Of a stretch of DNA of 64,000 bases, positions 40,346-52,639 are shown in pieces. A model generated the notes under the pieces. It searched no databases and was not told the DNA's origin. It saw nothing but the letters and a program-made list of their open reading frames with translations. Numbering within the stretch: the first letter of the stretch is position 1; every line of letters starts with the position of its first letter. Source of the stretch: Callorhinchus milii (Eukaryota); NCBI RefSeq assembly GCF_018977255.1, contig NW_024704743.1, forward strand, positions 28,398,001 through 28,462,000, in the 5' to 3' direction. The position numbers and the translations under genes are program-made.

Positions 40346-41122
40346 CCCAACCGATGTTATCATTCATCTACTACACCCCGAAACTCTGGAACCCTCTCCC
40401 TCAATCCCTCCGCCTTGCCCCCTCTCTCCCCCTTTTCAAGTCCCACCTCTCACCCACCCCCACCGGGCTCCAAGTCAGGCTCTGCAACTGTTAAGCCTTC
40501 TGGAACGCTAGCTATAAATGTGAGTTAACGGAGCAAGGGACCTGACCAACAAATTCAAGCAAATCTGGAAAAAATTCACATCCCAATAATAGTTTCAAAG
40601 TATTTGGATACTGGCCTGGGCTTTACAAACCTGGAGATGTTATAGAGGTTTCTTATTCCTCTTGTGCATGAAAGCTATATCACAAAACTTTACCAGTTGA
40701 ACCCAATGTCCACTTGATTGCACCGGAGAGCACAGTTTTACTCCATATTTTCAAACTTGTACAATTGAACCTTGCATTCACAATATCTTTGCAGCTGTAC
40801 TCTTATTAAATTTCCTTACCATTGTAATATATATCTCTCAATCAATTCAACACCATACAAGTATCTGCCTACCTCAATAATTTAGCTTTCTGCACTTGAA
40901 AGATATTAGCTGTTTCAATCCGATACAATTACTAAATGAAAGTTCTTTATTTCTATTAACTGATTCTATTAACTAGATTTCTCCAAGGAGTAAATAATTG
41001 CTGCATTAATCTCAGTAATTTATGAAAACTTGAACAACATTGTGCATTTATATAGGACACTTCACAAAGGATAAGCGGTGTCTGAGTGCTTAAGGGATCT
41101 CCCATAACTGATAGTAGGAATA

Positions 41123-41430
41123 ATAATAATCCTTGCATTTGATATAGCGCTTTTCACGTCGGGAGGACGTCCCAAAGCGTTTCACAGAACACACTGTAAA
41201 GTGAATTGACTGTATATTTGTGGGCGAAAGCGGCAGCCAATTGCGCACAGCAATGTCCCACAAACAGTCGTAGATTGAAAATGACCAATCTATTATTGTT
41301 TTGGGTTTTGGAGGGATTATTATTAGGCGTGTGGAGTAAGGAAACTTGCCCAAGGTTTCGCCCTGCCTGGAATTGAACTCAAGTCTCTCGCTTGCAAAGT
41401 GAGTGCTCTAACCACTGAGCTACAGGACTC
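41123..41430 (-). mobile_element. Young SINE inserted into one repeat unit
   Basis: Absent from the paralogs at about 27805 and 45147. GAATA flanks at 41118-22 and 41437-41. Confidence 0.93.
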
Positions 41431-43659
41431 GATAAAGAATACTTTATCTAATAGATTTACTGATCTGGTCTTTGAATCATAAGAATGTACAAAACTGGAA
41501 CCAGATCAGATGGTCCACAGTAGGATGGCAGATGTATGGATTCAGTGAAACACCACTCCCAGCTCTGGTTCTTGCGGTAAATTGTGAACTGCTATTTATA
41601 TTCAGGTTATAAGCAACAGCCCCTTGGAGTTCCTTTCCCTGCCGATACCAGTTTAATGAAAACTAAGAGAACTGAAGTGATATTTCATGATTGGTCAAGC
41701 CTAACATTTATTTTCCAACTCTTATGTCCCTTGTAACATTTCTCAATCCACAACACTGTTGTAATATGTAGTTCTTTCATTTAAAAATAAATAAAAATAA
41801 TTATTAGTATAAAAATATGTATAATATAATTTGTGAGTTTGATATAGCGCTTGATCATGTCTTCAAGATGTCTCAAATTGCTTGACAAAATACGCTGTAA
41901 AGTGAATTGATTGTGTATTTTGTGGGGGCATCGCGGCAGCCAATTGCACACAGGTTCGAATAATGACCTGACAATCCAATAAAGGTGGAATAGAAGTTTT
42001 ATCAACCAAAGTAACAATACAAAACAAGTAAAATACTAATGCCCCTACAAGTAACAAAACATATACTACTGGATCGGACCAGTAAGTTGCATGGATTTCA
42101 ACACTTCTTCTCTCCGCTGGAACTGCTAATTTACTTGCCTAAAGTTAGGATAGTTAGACTATTTGCCCCACTGTCTTCCCCTTAGATCCCCCAATCAGGG
42201 GTCTGCCACGTATGCCTTACATGTGTTAGTATCTTATCTGTTCTTTGCAGACAACTGGGGTCCCTGAGTAAAAGCAGCCTGCTCATTATTTATCAGCGTG
42301 TGACAGCTTGTTTTTCTCCTTCAAAAATCGGTGTCTAAGCCCTGAATGGTAGAAACAATTAGGTGGACTGACATGTGTTTAAACAGGACTGGGTTGCTTT
42401 GCTTAGGTATGTGGAAAGGTATACCCATTTTCCATCTTATCAGGGCGAGGCAATCTCTTCTTGTATTGAGAAATCTAGAGTATAACAGGTGCTACTCATG
42501 ACAGCCCATTCCTCTCTCGAAACCCATGTCTTATCTTGCTCCTTCCATTGCAACTAAATGACAGTTAACCTTTAGAGCTAAAACAGCTTATCGAGCAGAT
42601 TCCTGACATTTTATTCCTTGTCAAAATGAACATTTGTAGCAGCTTCTCACAGTTTCTATCTTACCTTGGTGCTACAGTCTTATTGTTACATACATGGCGA
42701 ATATTGATAGATATATATATATATAGTTTCCTTGACTACAACCTTCTATAATACGATTTCAAAATCAACCTAAGACCTGCCCCAGCGACTGGTCGGCTCT
42801 TCCAAATCCTGCTGATGCGCCTTCCTGGCTGGGCTATAATCAGCAGCGCCCTGGAATACCATAAACTGATCTGGATCAGGAACCGGAATAGAGACCGCCA
42901 GAGGGTTGGCTCAATTCTGACATTCCATTGCAGTTCAGCTCCAAGAAGATCCCACTTACTTCCCTCCAAGGAGGATAGTCACTAGTTGGCCATTCGACAT
43001 GTGACAAGTGCGGGATCGAGACCTCACTGGGTGGATGGTAGGTACAAGGAACTCCCTGCGAGCTTCCCGGTTGGCAATGTATCTCAGTATGAATGTGCGA
43101 GAGCATTGCCACCATCCTACTGTACCACAGCTCTCATCCCTTCGCATTGAGCGATGGTTCCACCAGTTGGAGGTACAGAGTTTAAGCACAAGCTGCTTGT
43201 CTCTCTGCAGGCAAATCAAGGTGGATTCCAGGCGCTGGACGTACGAACGTGAGTTCACAAACTCAGACTCCAGGTAATGTCTTCCAGTAGCTGTCGCCCC
43301 AAGCTTCAGAGTTTCCTCTTTGGGCCGCGAGCGTGTGAAATAGGTATTAAATGAATCCCAGCGTGGAAGAGTTCTGCTTAACAATTGCAACAAACATGCA
43401 CAACAATAAAAGTATCTGCCAAAGGTTCTTTGCTGTATTTTACAGACCATCATCTACACAGTTACTGTATTGATTCAGAGCATTTGACACAATTGCTTTT
43501 GAAATGCTGAGATGTTTCACCATTGCAGACACTGTATCTAATGCAATGATTTATTATTATTTGAAATATTATTACATTTTACGGCATGAAAAGACTCATT
43601 TAAAAAAGGTAATAAATTTGGTTTCATAAGAAACATATTAAAAAACAATAAATATTAGG

Positions 43660-43960
43660 CACCCGTCCAAAGTAGGGCAGGGCCGTGTCACGTGGGGTCC
43701 CGGGTGACGTCAGGCCGGCGGTATAAGGAGCCCTGGATCCCGGGGCGGAGTGACAGACAGTTGAGCGCAGCGCGAGGAGTGTGTGCACAGCGGCTGGAGT
43801 CAGTGTGTGCACAGGTGGGGCTGCAGGGACTGCCTTTCTTACTACTTGACCTCTCAGCTTTTCCTTTCCACTCCACACACTGGCGCTGAGCTGAGCTCCT
43901 GCACTGCCCTCCCCGCACGGCTGCTGTTCTTTATTTACAACACGGTACAAGTCCGTGATC
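43660..43960 (+). promoter_or_regulatory. CpG-rich promoter-like element
   Basis: CACGTG 43689-94, TGACGTCA 43705-12, TATAAG 43722-27, GGGGCGGAG at about 43742, and reverse TGCRCNC cores at 43763, 43781 and 43805. Confidence 0.6.
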
Positions 43961-44264
43961 GCTGCTGGGGTTTGGTTCCATCATCCTTGCCTTAAGTAAT
44001 TCATTTGCTAATGTGTGTTGGTGTGCAATTCCTCCCAAGCTGAGCTCAAGTCTTGTCTCCTTCATGTCTCATGGATTCATGGGTAGAGACCAGGGCTGGG
44101 AGTCGTTGTGTTTTTTTTATATATAAAATTGAACTGATTATACAAAAGGTAATGACAGTTGTGCCTGTTGTCAGTAACTTGGCACAACTTCAATCTTGCA
44201 GTTGTTACCAACATTGTAAGTTGGGTTATCAGGTCAATTTGGTTTTCCAGTTGTTTGGAACTTA

Positions 44265-45660
44265 ATAAAATTGGTCTCAAAGCCATATTTCACCTACAAA
44301 ATTGTTTAAATTGTTGACTGGCACTGGCCTCCTGCTTGTCCCAATATTCCAGTCTGTTGACCCTCCGCTCCACCATTGGCGGACACGTATTCAGCTACTA
44401 CACCCCGAAACTCTGGAACACTCTCCCTCAATCCCTACGCCTTGCCCACTCTCTCTCCCTTTTCAAGTCCCATCCCCACCCCCCACCCGGCTCGGAGTCA
44501 GGCTCTGCCGCTGTTAAGCCCTCTGAAACGTCAGCTTGCGTGGAGGGCACTGTATAAATGTGAGTTGTTGTTGTTGAAGGAGCAAGGGACCTGACCAACA
44601 AATTCAAGCAAATCTGGAAAACATTCACACCCCAATAATAGTTTCAAAATCTTTGGATACTGGTCTGGGCTTTACAAACCTGGAGGCGTTATTGAAGTTT
44701 CTTATTCCTCTTGTGCATGAAAGCTATATCATGAAACTTTACCAATTCAACCCAATGTCCACTTGATTGTCACCAGAGAGCACTGTTTCACTCCACATTT
44801 TCAAACTTGTACAATTGAACGTTGCATCCGTAATATCTTTGCAGCTGTACTCTTATTAAATTTCCTTACCATTGTAATGTGTATCTCTTAATCAATTTAA
44901 CACCATACAAGTATCTGCCTACCTCAATACTGTAGCTTTCTACAATTGAAAGATATTAGCTGAAATATTTCAATGCAATACAATTATTAAATGAAAGTTC
45001 TTTATTTCTATTAACTGATTCTATAATTGCTGCATTAATCTCAGTAATTTAACAAAACTTGAACAACACCTTGCATTTATATAGTGCCCTTCACACAGGT
45101 TAAGCGGTATCTGGGTGCTTAAAGGATTTTCCATAAGTGAGAGTAGGAATACTTTAACTAATAGATTTACTGATCTGATCTTTAAATCATAATAATATAC
45201 AAAACTGGGGCCAGATCAGATGTTCTGCAAATAACAAAAGGATGGCAGATGTATGGATTCATTGAACCTTCACTCCCAGCTCTGGTTCTTGGAGAAAATC
45301 ATGAACTGCTATTTGTATTCAGGTTATAAGCCCCTTGGAGTTCCTTTCGTGGTGATTACCAGTTTAGTAAAAACTAAAAGAACTGAAGTGATATTTCATG
45401 AGTGGTCAAGCCTAACATTTATTTTTCATCTCTTATGTCCCTTATAACGATTCTCAATCCACAATACTGTTGTATTAAGTAGTTATTTCAATTAAAAATA
45501 AATAAAAATAATTATTAGTATAAAAATATATATGGTATAATTCGTGAATTTGATATAGCGCTTAATCACGTCTTCGAGACGTCTCAAAGTGCTTCACAAA
45601 ATATGCTATGAAGTGAATTGACTGTATTTTGTGGGAAAAATGAGGCAGCCAATTGCACAT
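44265..45660 (+). repeat. Local segmental repeat unit, paralogous to about 26886-27930 and about 40362-41950
   Basis: Shared unique text such as caacaaattcaagcaaatctggaaa and ttcttattcctcttgtgcatgaaagctat in all three places. Confidence 0.92.
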
Positions 45661-45889
45661 GGCAGTGTAGCACAAACAGTTGTGGATTGAGTGACCAAAT
45701 TATTATTATTTTTTTGAAGGAATTATTATCCTGGAAAAGCGATCTGCCCATCGACTAACAACTGGGTTCCTACTTACTGCTAGGTAAATCGAGGCACTTG
45801 GAGTAAGCAAACTTGCCCAACGTTTCTCCCTGCTAGGAATCAAACCCAGGTCCACGAGTCAAGTGCTCTAACCACTCAGCTACAGGACT
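45549..45889 (-). mobile_element. tRNA-derived SINE, long form
   Basis: Contains the extra central segment (ggttcctacttactgctaggtaaa). Confidence 0.88.
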
Positions 45890-46799
45890 TCATGTATATT
45901 CCACTTTCCTCATGAAAAAACACATCCGTGACTTAAAAAAGAAAAGATGCAAAACTGCTTCAACCCCATTCCAATCTGCAAAAACCCTGTCCTCTTGTTT
46001 ATTTTTAAACAAATATATTTATGATCATATAAAAAATATATTCCATTTGCCTCATGAAGAACATATCTAACAACAAATATACTAGAGAAACCGCAACTGC
46101 TTCGATCCCATTACAACGTGCAACAACTCCGTCTCCTTATGGCAGCCCCTATTTCTTCACACTTTCCTTAACTGGAGGGACCAGGGCTTCCTCTTTCTAG
46201 GATCTGCTGCCTTTATTTGCAGGGAGATCTTACACTTTTAGGCTAGTCCCAGCTCTGCCATCCCTCACTTACCGAATGGCTCGTCATTATGCCTCACTCC
46301 ACTGCTTTCTTTCAGTTTGCCACAGCCTCCATCAAACCCTCTTGATGAAGGCCGTCCTGTCCATATTATACTCTACCCTGTCCAGGACCTTGAAGAGGAT
46401 CGAGTACAGAAGCACTCGTAGAGGGAGCTGCTGCTTCCAGTGCAGTTGCTGCTCCTGTCCCACCCCACGTCCATCATCCCTCACTTCCAGGCTCTTAGGC
46501 TTACCCTGTCCTGTGGCTCCAATCCACTCTCTCCTAATTCCTCTGCCCTCCTCAGTCGCAAGGGTTGGTTTCCCGCTCCGCTCACCATCGCTCCATCCTC
46601 TGTAGCCGCTCTGCTCCCCGCGGCCGCTTTCCCATTCTTCACATCAGCTTTCTCTTTTCTCTGCTGCTTTCTCACTTTCCTTCACAGTAGCTTTCTTCCC
46701 ATTCTCCGCCACTTTCTCTCCTTTGGCCATCACTTTCTCACCTTTCACCTTCTTATTACTGCCAACGTCCATCTGACATGAAAGGCGCTAGTCAATTCC

Positions 46800-49040
46800 A
46801 CCTCCCACCACCATCTAACCCACCTCCATCTCCTTCCACCCCAGGAAAAATCTCCGTCCCCTCCCTCTCGGCTGCCCTGGAATTATCTGAACTCCTTCCC
46901 CTCTGGGCTTCCTCCCGCAATGACCTATCCTCCTCAGTCACTCTGCTCCACAGCTCCCTCTTCTCCACTCTTGATTCCCTTGCTCCCTTCTCCTCTCATA
47001 CCATCTCCTATTCATGTAAGTCACCATAATGCACCAGCCATCGCCCTTAAAGCACAGGTGTGTGCCACTGAATGCACCTGGCTTAAATCAAACTTAACGG
47101 TCCATTGGCAGACCTGGCTGGATCTTATCAAATCTTAACCCTTTCTACTCCCAAGACAATTTTGGAGGCCAAGGACAATCCAGGCTCCTCTTCTCCATCA
47201 CCAACCAGCTCCTGCACCCATCATCTCACGTCTCGCCTATCCTGACTTCAAATGCCAACTGTAAGGTGATGCTGGACTTCCTCGAATCCAAAGTTGAGAG
47301 GATCCGCTCAGATGCCTCTACCCTTCCAGCTGCTGCACCCTCACCATCTCCACCTCTTACCCCAGCCCCTACACACCTCCCTCCCTCCACACCTTCGAAC
47401 CTGTTTCCCATTCCTCTCTCATCACCACTATAACCCGGATGGAACCGACCACCTGTTCCTTCGACCCCATCCCTACTCCTCTCCTTACTTCCCAGCTCAA
47501 CCTTCTTGCCTCTCTACTCACAGAAATCATTAACCTCTCCCTGTCCACTAGTACTGTTGCCACCCCATTAAAAAACGCTGTCATCACTCCTATCCTTTAA
47601 GCACCCTCCCTGGACCCATATCTGCTCTCAAATGATCGCCTCATCTCCAACTTCCCTTTCCTCTCCGAGCTCCTGGAACAAGTTGTTGCTTCCCAGCTTT
47701 GCTGCTTCCTCTCGCATCACATTTTTCATGAAACCTAATCAGGTTTCCCTGCCGCTCATCGCTCAGAAACAACCCTGGTCAAAGTGACAAATGACATTCT
47801 GTCCATCTGCGACCAGGGATCCCTTGCTTCCTCGTCCTTCTTGACTTCTCTGCTGCCTTCGAAACCTTCAACCAGTCTATCCTCATCCACCGCCTTTCCC
47901 CTCAAACTTCATGGCTCTGTCCTTGACTGGTTCAGATCGTACCTTTCACACCACCTCAACTTCATCTCCACAAACGGTTTCTCCTCCAGGCCCCTGCACC
48001 ATCTCATGTAGCATTCCTTAGGGCTCTGTCCTTGGTCCCCTCCTCTTCAATATCTGTATGCTCCAACTTGGTCACATCAACCATAGACATGGAGTCAACT
48101 TCCACATGTATGTGGATGACACTCTACCCCTCTGCCTCCACCCTTGACTCCAGGACCACTGCTGTCCTGACAGAATGTCTGTCGAACATCAAGTCCTGGT
48201 GAGAGTTAATTTTCTTCAGTTGAAGAAGGCTTTCCTGATAGGCTCCCATCAGCGCCTCCTCACCTCAGATGCTGACAGCATCACCATCCATGCTTGCACA
48301 CTCCACCTTACTAAGGCAGTCTGGAACCTTGGCATCTTCTTTCACCCTCAACTATCCTTTCTATTCCACATCTGTGCCATGATCTGCTCTGTCTTCCCCC
48401 ACCTCTGCAACATTGACCGGCCCCCGCCACTCTTTCACACTGCAGTCCGCCAAAACCCTCATACATGCCTTCATTGCATCGAGGCTTCACTATACTAACC
48501 CATTGCTCATCGGCCTCCCCAACTCCTCCCTGCACAGGCTTCAGGTCAGAATTCTGCAGCCCACATTCTCTCCCACACCATGCTGCTAGACCCTATCAGC
48601 CCACATCCTCGGCCAACTCCAATGTCTTCCCATCACACAGAGGATATAGTTCAAGATTCTGGTCCTCAGCTTCAAAGCCCTCTATGGTCTTGCTCCCCCC
48701 TACCTCTGCCACCTCCAACCAACTTGCTCATTCCCTCTGCTCAACGGGCTCCGGCCTGCTTCACGTCACCCATCTCGATCTCCCCACTATTGTCATGTGG
48801 GCCTTCTTCCCCTACCCTCTGGAACTGCATCCTGCAGTCCCTCCACCTCGACCCTTCCCTTGCCTCCTTCAAAGGCCATCTCAATACCCTCCTCTTCATT
48901 TGATCTCCCTGCTTCGCCCACCTGCCTTCCACCCTCCCCAATCCCGAACTCCAGCTCTGGTCCAAAACTCTGTCTGTCCAGTGCCTTGGGACATGCTCTT
49001 GATGTGAAAGCCGCTATGCAAATGTAATTTTGTTGTTATA
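46800..49040 (+). mobile_element. Degenerate L2 ORF2 and 3' end
   Basis: [19 protein letters not shown] and VNFLQL motifs, then gccttgggacatgctcttgatgtgaaagccgctatgcaaatg and a ttg tail. Confidence 0.9.
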
Positions 49041-49310
49041 TCAAGTTGTGACTGGCATGTAGACCCACACCAGCCCTGAGTACAATATAATAGTTTGGGG
49101 CTTCCTTGAACCAGCGATTATAATCCGAGTGGGTGGAATGCAATTGCCCATTTTCTCCTCTTGTGAAGGGTAGAAATATTATCTCTGTTCTATTTGTGTA
49201 ATTAATATCTATAATGCAATTTTCTTAGGTAGAGTATATGCTATATCTGCACCACAATTCCAGGAGGGGAAAAAGCTTTAATTCTTCACCTTCTACTTCC
49301 AATACCTTAG

Positions 49311-49428
49311 GATTTCCTTGAATCCACTCTGAAATTCTATCAAGCTGAACTCGCAGCAGTTGATTTTTGCAATGAGTCAGATGAAATCAGACAGCAGATC
49401 AACGCTTGGGCAGAGGCACAGACTGAGG
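49311..49428 (+). pseudogene. Clade-B serpin 118-bp exon, copy C
   Basis: ccttag|DFLESTLKFYQAELAAVDFCNESDEIRQQINAWAEAQTE-G|gtaagc. The 118-bp phase 0/1 exon is typical of ov-serpins. Confidence 0.9.
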
Positions 49429-50589
49429 GTAAGCAACTCTGAAATATTTAGGTAATACAAACAATATATGAATGGCTCACTTTCCCATCAGCGAGCAATC
49501 TAATGCATTTGTGTCACACAATCAGTCATTCACTGGCCAAATGTATCAAGCTATTGTGCCAATATTCCTAGGCATTGGCACCAGACAATCAAGCCCAGAT
49601 AAAATAGAGTCAGGCACATTTCATTACGTTTTCTTTTAAGAAAACTTTTATGATAGGAATTCAAAATGGAAGAGAGAAAACACCCTTCTCCTTACAGTAG
49701 CAACAACAACAAATTTACATTGATATAGCACCGCTCATGTCAGGAGGACAACAACAAAATTGCATTAGTATAGAGCCTTTGACGTCTGGAGGATGTCCCA
49801 AAGTGCTTCACAGATTTATAGAGAGCTGGGCAGAATGGGTAAAATTTCCACCACCAATGGTGGAGTAGATAGGGATGGATAGAGCGGGGGACATTAAAGC
49901 AAGTCAGCCTTAACTAAGCGAAGGGAGCTGTTGGGTTGGTAGGTAGAGTTGATGGAGGTCGCAGAGGAATGGTAGTTGGAGGGAAACTTTGGAGGGATTT
50001 AAGAGCAAGGACAGGGATCTTGATTTTGGTCAGCTGGGGAATAGGAAGCGAGTGAGCCGAGATAGGATGGATGGGATAGACTTCCACAGCCTGGTGTAGA
50101 GAAGCACATGAGCTGCAGTATTCCATATTGTATGCATAGAAGGAGCTGGGGAGATCCGTGAATATTCCAGCCTAGAAATGATGAATATGCAAATAAGGAA
50201 TGTACATAGGTCTTTAAAAATGGGAAGAGAAGAAAATCACCCCAGCCTTGTGAGCAACTTGTGAGGGAATGTCACCTGACATCACTGCTTCAACCCACAG
50301 ACAAAAATGTGAATAATAATAATCCTTGCATTTGATATAGCACCTTGTCATGTCGTTAAGACATCTCAAAGCGTTTCACATTAATGTAAAGTGTAGTGAC
50401 TGTGTACTTTGTGGGTGAATGCTTGTAAGTTACTACTAAAAGAGCTAATATACTACACACCTTCTGGAGAGGATACTTAAAGCTGTCAATCATAAATGAT
50501 GTAACTGAATGTGCTTGATTCCACTTCATCGTTTTATGTTCTGTATTCCATGGATTCTGATTCTTGTGTTTTTTTAAACATGCCCACGG

Positions 50590-50732
50590 ATAAGATCAAG
50601 GACTTGTTGGCCCCAAATGCTATTGGCAGTCTCACAAAGCTTGTCCTCGTCAATGCCATTTATTTTAAAGGCAACTGGGAGAGGAAGTTTGAAGCTGAAA
50701 GCACCCATGAGCAACCTTTCAAAATCAGCAAG
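50590..50732 (+). pseudogene. Clade-B serpin 143-bp exon, copy C (both splice sites mutated)
   Basis: [47 protein letters not shown]. The acceptor reads GG (50588-89) and the donor reads AT (50733-34). Confidence 0.9.
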
Positions 50733-51428
50733 ATAAATTGTAAGATGTAATGCTTGGAGATGTATGAATAATCTAGTTGTATGCTTTTCGAAGCCTTCTA
50801 TAGCGCACTGGCCTACATTGAAGACACAATACAAACTGCTCATATATATGAATTTAGGCAAGCTCAATTTTCTTTGCTTCCCTTCCCCAGCCGACTAGTA
50901 ATTGGGATCAGTGTTGTTCTTTTTATTATTGAAGTTAGGGCTTGTGACGTGGTGGTTACCTGTCCATAGTGTGGAAGGGAGTAAGAAGTGGATGGAAACT
51001 CATGTGGAGCATAAACACCGTCATGAACTAGTTAGACCAAATGATCTGTTTCCATGCTGTACATTCCATGTAAATTGCAATATTCCAACCCATAGGAACT
51101 TTGCTCTGATGAGAGCTACTTGAGAGTGGAGTTTCCACTGCAAGATCATGTTCATTTGGTTACTGGGAAGAAATGTTAAGTGTAATTTGTAGTTGGAATT
51201 TCTGAATTCAATTACGAATCACAGCAATTCAGATCCATTTTCTATCTCAAAAAATTAAATGATACCTTAGTTTTCCAGCTACTTAAATGTTTGGAGCCTT
51301 ACTCTGTGAAGAACAATTCACACCTGATGCAAGCAGTCAGCTTGCCCAATGAATTTCCCCATAAATCGTTTCCTGTGTTCTCTGCAGGTTAATTTAGAAT
51401 CGCTGATAGTTTTGTCTCCTGTTTGCAG

Positions 51429-51577
51429 AATGAAACCAAGCCAGTCCAAATGATGCACCAGACGGACAAGTTTAAAACCACTTACATTCATGCAGTTGAG
51501 CTCGCTATGTTCAGAAAGAACTGAGTATGATCATCATGTTGCCAGTTCTAAAAGATGATGCAAGTGGACTGGAAAAA
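51429..51577 (+). pseudogene. Clade-B serpin penultimate exon, copy C
   Basis: ttgcag|NETKPVQMMHQTDKF...|gtaagt. 149 bp: a 15-nt deletion relative to copy B plus a 1-nt frameshift. Confidence 0.9.
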
Positions 51578-52038
51578 GTAAGTTGAAGTTTTTTGAAATA
51601 ATCCCACTGTTAAATGGATTCATTTTGGGAAAATAAATACAGTCTTGACCAAAAAATAATAAATTCAAACGCCAGTCCTGTTATCTGTTTCACCCCAATG
51701 AAATCCTATCTATCTTGTTTCCCTACTCTATATCCTTAACCTATGTTTAAAATAAAGGTTATAAATATCTTTTTAAATACTGTTATGTTCTTTGCTTCAA
51801 TATCTTATTATGTGAGACCATTAGATTCCTTTCTCAGCTTCAGAGGAAACAGTCCCATCTTTTTATGTCTCACCACAAAACTACAAACTATATCCTTTCA
51901 ATCTTGTGCTTCTCCTCTATTGCTTCTGTAAAATGTGGTGCCAAAAGCTACATGGAATGCTTGCAACAGTGTCCTAACTTTTAGCTGATGTTTCAGCCAA
52001 TAATAAGCTGTTTTAACCCCTTTTCCCCCTTTTTTAAG

Positions 52039-52432
52039 CTCAAAACGGCCTGATAAGCTGTTAGACTGGACCAATCCATACAAAATGGATAATGATGAGA
52101 TTGTAATGCTCCCTAAATTTAAGATGGAGAACACCTATGGCTTCACCTCAACACTTGGTGGTATGAGAATGGTTGATGTTTTTGATGTTTCGAAAGCAAA
52201 TTTCTCGGGAATGACTGAGAAAAATGACCTGAATTTGTCAAAAGTTGTTCACAAAACCTTTGCTGATGTTAACGAAGAAGGTACAGAAGCAGCAGCTGCC
52301 ACAGCAGTTACTATGAGGTTAATGTGTCTAATGATTACAATGGAATTTGTGGCTGACCATCCATTCCTGTTTTTCATCAGCCACAACAAAACTCACAACA
52401 TCCTGTTCTTTGGGAGATTCTCCTCTCCTTAA
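52039..52432 (+). pseudogene. Clade-B serpin terminal exon, copy C
   Basis: The exon start is 8 nt shorter than in copy B, giving TGA TAA in frame. The remainder is open: [34 protein letters not shown]...FSSP*. Confidence 0.92.
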
Positions 52433-52639
52433 ACACAATGCAAAAAAGCACTAATACAAGCATTAGTTAATAGCTTCACTCTCTCGCTTCTTGAAAAATC
52501 CTTTTTTTGCACCATTCATACGCTGTTAGAGGGATTTGTAACAAACTTTTGTGTCAGCTCACAACTCTGCTTAAATCGTAAATGCCAGCATGTTATGTAT
52601 TACAACTCTGACTTAATTTCGGGTGTTGTCAAAATATAT

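Noticed and set aside
52085..52432. Open 115-aa serpin C-terminal ORF as a functional mini-protein (also 25247-25624)
   Set aside because: Internal Met of a pseudogene exon; the fragment cannot form a serpin fold and upstream exons are disabled.
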